A stretch of 59,279 nt of DNA from a virus (Duplodnaviria > Caudoviricetes): positions 1 through 59,279 of the IMG/VR virus record IMGVR_UViG_3300040816_001340. One strand, given 5' to 3'. Position numbers and translations under genes: made by a program. Below the pieces are notes generated by a model. That model searched no databases and had not been told where the DNA came from. It was given only the letters and a program-made list of their open reading frames with translations. Below, in pieces: positions 55,783 through 59,279 of the stretch (its first letter is position 1; the number at the start of each line of letters is the position of its first letter).

Positions 55783-57162
55783 TTAGTCCCAAACCCATAT
55801 ATTACTTCCACAACCCCATACCTTAAATAGTTTGAGCTTAGTAACCTTTTCTATTTCTTTCTCGTTCTTATCTGTCTTAAACATAAATCGATCAAATCTT
55901 TGAACACCATCAGAATACCAATAATCAACTCCTGTGTTACCAACATACTGAAATCCTACTTTCTCATACCCTAACCCTTCACCAAATCTTCGATCTGCAT
56001 ATGTCATGATACTTCCTTCATTATTTGCCTTAAAATACTTAAGAAGTTTACTTAATCCTCCTACTACGTTTGTATTTAACTGCGACGCAAACCTGCTAAT
56101 CTCCCAATAACCTTTCCATTTTCTCTGTCTAGGTTTTCTAAATCCTATTGCAGAAACTAACTTGCCATTATAGAACAGACCTAACTTAATACTACTATTT
56201 ACTTTGCCACTTATATGACATTCATTCATAAAGTTATTAAAAACTTTTGTTTCTAACTCTCTAACAACACATTTTCTTGCCCATATTCTTTCACATAAAC
56301 CTAAGCGACTTCTAATCATACTTTTGCAAATATCTTTCTTAAAATCCCATTCATCTGAAAATATGTGCATTAGTTTTGCGTTTTGTTCTAGCACTTTTTC
56401 TGTTTTATTTTTTAGTTCATTTTTTGACGTTCTATCAACTAGTTCACTATGCCAATACAAACCATTATATTCTATGCCAAAATGCTTGTCTGCAACATAT
56501 ATGTCTATCTCTTTAGGCTTTATTAGAGTTCTATCGTTACTTTTAACACTTTCGTCGACTAATGTCTTAACAAAATCATACACTTCGATTTCACTTTTAC
56601 TTCTAGAAATAGGATAACATTTAGGGCACAAAGATCCTCTTTCAAAAGCTTGTAATGTTTTCTTACAAACAAAGTCACATTTTTTACACTTAAACTCTAA
56701 ATACTGCCTTTGTCTACTAAAATACTCTTCTAAGGGAGTTAAGATTTCAAACTCTTCATTTCTCTGTAGTATTCGCTCTAATACTTTTTTATCACCTAAT
56801 CTTTTAGTAAAACTAATTCTATTTATTGTTTCTTCGCTATGTTTCTTTCCCCAAAAAGGATTGTCTTTACCCTTTTGACCTTTTATTCTGCTATCTTCTT
56901 TAGAAGTTTTGCCTTTATTCCACGCCTCATGACGACCGCCCCTTCGGCCACCTTCAGACATAGCAACCTTTGAACAATCAGAACAATACTTCTTAAACTG
57001 AAATGCTACATAACGTGTTTCTTTGCCGCAATTCTTACATCCTACATTGTTATTGTAAATGTATTTAGCCGTATATTCTTTACTTAAAAGTTTATGCTCT
57101 TTTTTTAAGTGATTGCTAAAATCTTTACCACTTGACTCATAATCACATATCTTGCATATCAT
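55783..57162 (-). mobile_element. Free-standing Hef/Vsr-like homing endonuclease with Zn fingers, NUMOD3 repeats and C-terminal GNAT/Mom-like domain
   Basis: Likely start MICKIC at 57162; AWNKG and NPFWGKKHSEET (NUMOD3); SKSE..EIDIY..IEYNGLYWHS..HIFSDEW nuclease; EISRFAS..GGLSKLLKYF..TYADRR. Confidence 0.82.
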
Positions 57163-57220
57163 ATCATTATACCTTTTCGTGGTGTCTATATAATATATAT
57201 GCACAACTTTTTTTATATAC

Positions 57221-57244
57221 AAAAAAACCAGCCGAAGCTGGTTT
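57221..57244 (-). terminator. Rho-independent terminator of the major capsid gene with cUUCGg tetraloop
   Basis: Minus strand AAACCAGC-TTCG-GCTGGTTT followed by a T-run. Confidence 0.9.
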
Positions 57245-57257
57245 CTTCTAGACCGAC

Positions 57258-57271
57258 CTAGCCGAAGCTAG
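57258..57271 (-). other. Second cUUCGg hairpin in the capsid 3' UTR (probable mRNA stabiliser)
   Basis: CTAGC-TTCG-GCTAG immediately upstream of the terminator. Confidence 0.7.
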
Positions 57272-57280
57272 ATGTTATCC

Positions 57281-59107
57281 TTAGATAATGTTCATGTCGA
57301 GGCAGGTAACTGTTCCGTAGAAGTCAGCACGTACCATCTTCTTACCGTAGCGTGTCATAACGCCCTTGCGAGGTGTGAAATCCTCTGGCGCGAAGATTGT
57401 CGGAGTGACGATGAGAGGAACGTAAGGAGCGTAGACGAAGCCTGTCTCAAGGTAGCTACCGCCCTTGTAACCGACGAGGATCTTGTTACGTGGGAAGTAG
57501 GGGTCCTTGTAAACGGTGAAGCGGTTGCTAAGTGTACCGATCTTCTCTGCACCCATTGTGAAAGGAGCACCAACCTGGCCGTCACCGTCGAGGCTGTAAG
57601 CAGGACGATAAAGAACAGATGCTTCAAGGATTGTTGCAACGTCAGGTGAAACAACGATGAAGTTCGCGGAACCGCGAAGTGTCTTTCTGTGGATTTCGTT
57701 AGCAACGTCGATAACGGTCTCGGTAAGAGTCTCGTACCACTCACGAACTGTACCAGTGAAAGCTGGTCCAGGGGTGAGAGTGCTTGTGCGAGCAATCTCT
57801 GCACCGGTCTGCTTGTTAACGAACTTACCAGGGCTACGACTCCAGTAGTAGTTTGCACCTTGTGCCTGGGTAAGAAGGTCATTAAGAATCTCACGGTCGA
57901 TCTCAAGGGCGATCTGCTCGGAGAGGATCTGTGTAAGCTCAACCTCTGCGTCCATGCTGTGGTAAGCGTTAAGATCCTGTGCGAGCTCTGGGGACCAACG
58001 AGCTCTGAGCTTTCTGGTCTGTGCTGTTACAGGGATTGACTCAATCTTAATATCGATCTCAGGAATAACAGGAGTCTGTGCGCTTCCAAGACCCATGTTG
58101 GACTCAAATGCAGGAACTGTAAGAGTATCGCCACCTGAAGCGCTGGCCTCAAAGGAGTCAGCTTTGACATAAGAAAGGTGAACCTCGGCTGCTACAGGTG
58201 CTTCTGTCCCAGAAAGAACTAAAAGAACCTGAGAACCATTGATAGGATCAGGTGTCCAAGTTGTTCCGCTTAAGCTACCAAGCTGGTTAAGTCTACGAAC
58301 GTTAAGAGCTTCGCCACCTTGTAATGTGCCCAAGTCTGTTTCAATGTCTTTATTCATAGCCTGAGAACCAGTCGCCATAAGTGCGAAGTCTTTAACTGCA
58401 GTTTTATCAGCAGCAGATGGAACATCAGCAGCAACAAAGAAGAACTTACCTTCTGAGTTGTCAATAAGGTCTAGAACTTGCGGGTCAAATTGTAGAAGCT
58501 TTGCGTCTGCTGTTGTGCTTGTTGAAGCAGCTCCGACAGAGGCGCCTAGATTAACAAATCCTGCCGCTGTAAATGAGTCTCCGTTGCCAATTCCGTGAGA
58601 AGTTTCTACATCGTGAACTCGTGAAAAACCGCTGCCAGCTAGATCATATTGACCACCAACACCAAGTGAGCCGCTTTGGACGCCTTTACCTGTTGGACTA
58701 TTGTAAATGCTCTGACCAGCCTTGTATGTGCTAGGTGAATCAGCGTCGCCGCCAACATCACTACCATAGGTATAATCAAGGTAGAAGAGGAGACCGCTTG
58801 GAAGGCTCATTGGCTGAATGGAGACGAGCTCATTTGCAACGAGACCACCGAAAACGCGGCGGACGATTGGGAATGCGATGTTGGTGAAACCGCGGATGTC
58901 GCTGCTACCATCGCTACCGAGAGTGTTTGCCTCACGGAGGACCTGCGCTGCCTGGTTCTCGAGGAGTGTAGACATGTTCTCACGTGCTACATCATCAAGA
59001 CCACGAAGAAGACCTGTGCGGTTCCACTTCTCAACAAGGCGCTTGTTCTGGGTGCCAACGTGACGCTGACGAATACCTTCTGTTAACTGTTGTAGATTAA
59101 ATGACAT
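57281..59107 (-). CDS. gp23: Major capsid protein (T4 gp23-like)
   Basis: LVEKW, LLENQ, P.VRR, QPM..PSGL.F, TRKL.A.W..ELAQDL.A.H..DAE.EL, EIDREI, YAPYVPL, F.PR.G.MTRYG; AGGAGA RBS. Confidence 0.97.
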   Translation of the reverse strand: MSFNLQQLTEGIRQRHVGTQNKRLVEKWNRTGLLRGLDDVARENMSTLLENQAAQVLREANTLGSDGSSDIRGFTNIAFPIVRRVFGGLVANELVSIQPMSLPSGLLFYLDYTYGSDVGGDADSPSTYKAGQSIYNSPTGKGVQSGSLGVGGQYDLAGSGFSRVHDVETSHGIGNGDSFTAAGFVNLGASVGAASTSTTADAKLLQFDPQVLDLIDNSEGKFFFVAADVPSAADKTAVKDFALMATGSQAMNKDIETDLGTLQGGEALNVRRLNQLGSLSGTTWTPDPINGSQVLLVLSGTEAPVAAEVHLSYVKADSFEASASGGDTLTVPAFESNMGLGSAQTPVIPEIDIKIESIPVTAQTRKLRARWSPELAQDLNAYHSMDAEVELTQILSEQIALEIDREILNDLLTQAQGANYYWSRSPGKFVNKQTGAEIARTSTLTPGPAFTGTVREWYETLTETVIDVANEIHRKTLRGSANFIVVSPDVATILEASVLYRPAYSLDGDGQVGAPFTMGAEKIGTLSNRFTVYKDPYFPRNKILVGYKGGSYLETGFVYAPYVPLIVTPTIFAPEDFTPRKGVMTRYGKKMVRADFYGTVTCLDMNII

Positions 59108-59159
59108 TATATATTCTCCTATATGTGTGTTTTGTCATATTTTCCGACTCTAAAAAATA

Positions 59160-59279
59160 TCAGCCCTTGATACCTGCTAAGAGTGCCCAGCGATCAACCT
59201 CAACTCGATTCTTCGCGGGCTGAGCGCTGCGAGTTGAACGGGAAGATGTGCCAAGAACACGACGGGAGGTTCCTTCGGT
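59160..59279 (-). CDS. C-terminus of probable prohead scaffold/core protein (partial)
   Basis: Translated by hand: TEGTSRRVLGTSSRSTRSAQPAKNRVEVDRWALLAGIKG*; RW..LAGI end and position directly upstream of the capsid gene. Confidence 0.65.
   Translation of the reverse strand, partial: TEGTSRRVLGTSSRSTRSAQPAKNRVEVDRWALLAGIKG

Noticed and set aside
866-56617. Many 60-140 aa ORFs nested in or antisense to long genes (e.g. 866..1234, 17391..17687, 28225..28548, 40666..41088, 56324..56617)
   Set aside because: Fully overlapped by well-supported genes, mostly non-ATG starts, and shadow-like composition.
57272-59063. Overlapping ORFs in and opposite the capsid gene (57272..57649, 57355..57942, 57657..57848, 57689..58039, 58818..59063)
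   Set aside because: Expected from strong codon bias and higher GC in a highly expressed gene; no RBS or recognisable motifs.
1-59279. Giant eukaryotic virus origin suggested by Nei, PolX and AT-richness
   Set aside because: gp23-type capsid, contractile tail, SD sequences, sigma70-like promoters and a peptidoglycan amidase indicate a bacteriophage.
1-59279. Stop-codon reassignment
   Set aside because: Conserved genes are full length in the standard code, and TAA, TAG and TGA all end genes at expected positions.

Overview
This AT-rich window (roughly one-third GC by eye) is a segment of a large, T4-related contractile-tailed dsDNA phage genome. Most genes are on the minus strand and read in the standard genetic code. 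Reading in the transcription direction (right to left), it contains: the scaffold C-terminus and gp23-type major capsid gene with a UUCG terminator; a Hef/Vsr-type homing endonuclease; an accessory block (FixL-like heme-PAS membrane protein, GNAT-like and VOC proteins, PolX, AEP primase-like protein, ATP-PEP carboxykinase, a Cys-rich spanin-like pair, and several proteins with a shared N-terminal leader ending in Glu); neck and terminator genes; three tail sheath paralogues around one tube gene; a chaperone pair probably joined by a +1 frameshift; tape measure and baseplate genes; a replication block (minimal PolA, degenerate HD protein, gp32-like SSB, RecA/UvsX, 5'-3' exonuclease, helicase); dNTP supply genes (dUTPase, NrdAB, thioredoxin); ClpP; an amidase endolysin; and an inverted cassette of small beta-rich paralogues. 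The left end holds a nucleotide-metabolism cluster with two ThyX homologues. One is canonical. The other has a rewired active site and is apparently co-transcribed with an NDT-family N-glycosidase and an Fpg/Nei glycosylase. The two best candidates for undescribed biology are (1) this ThyX-paralogue cluster as a new base-modification or nucleotide-pool pathway and (2) a late-expressed, kinase-less FixL-type heme-PAS / coiled-coil / 2-TM protein that could couple O2 sensing to a membrane event such as lysis. All calls come from reading motifs by eye; no searches were run.
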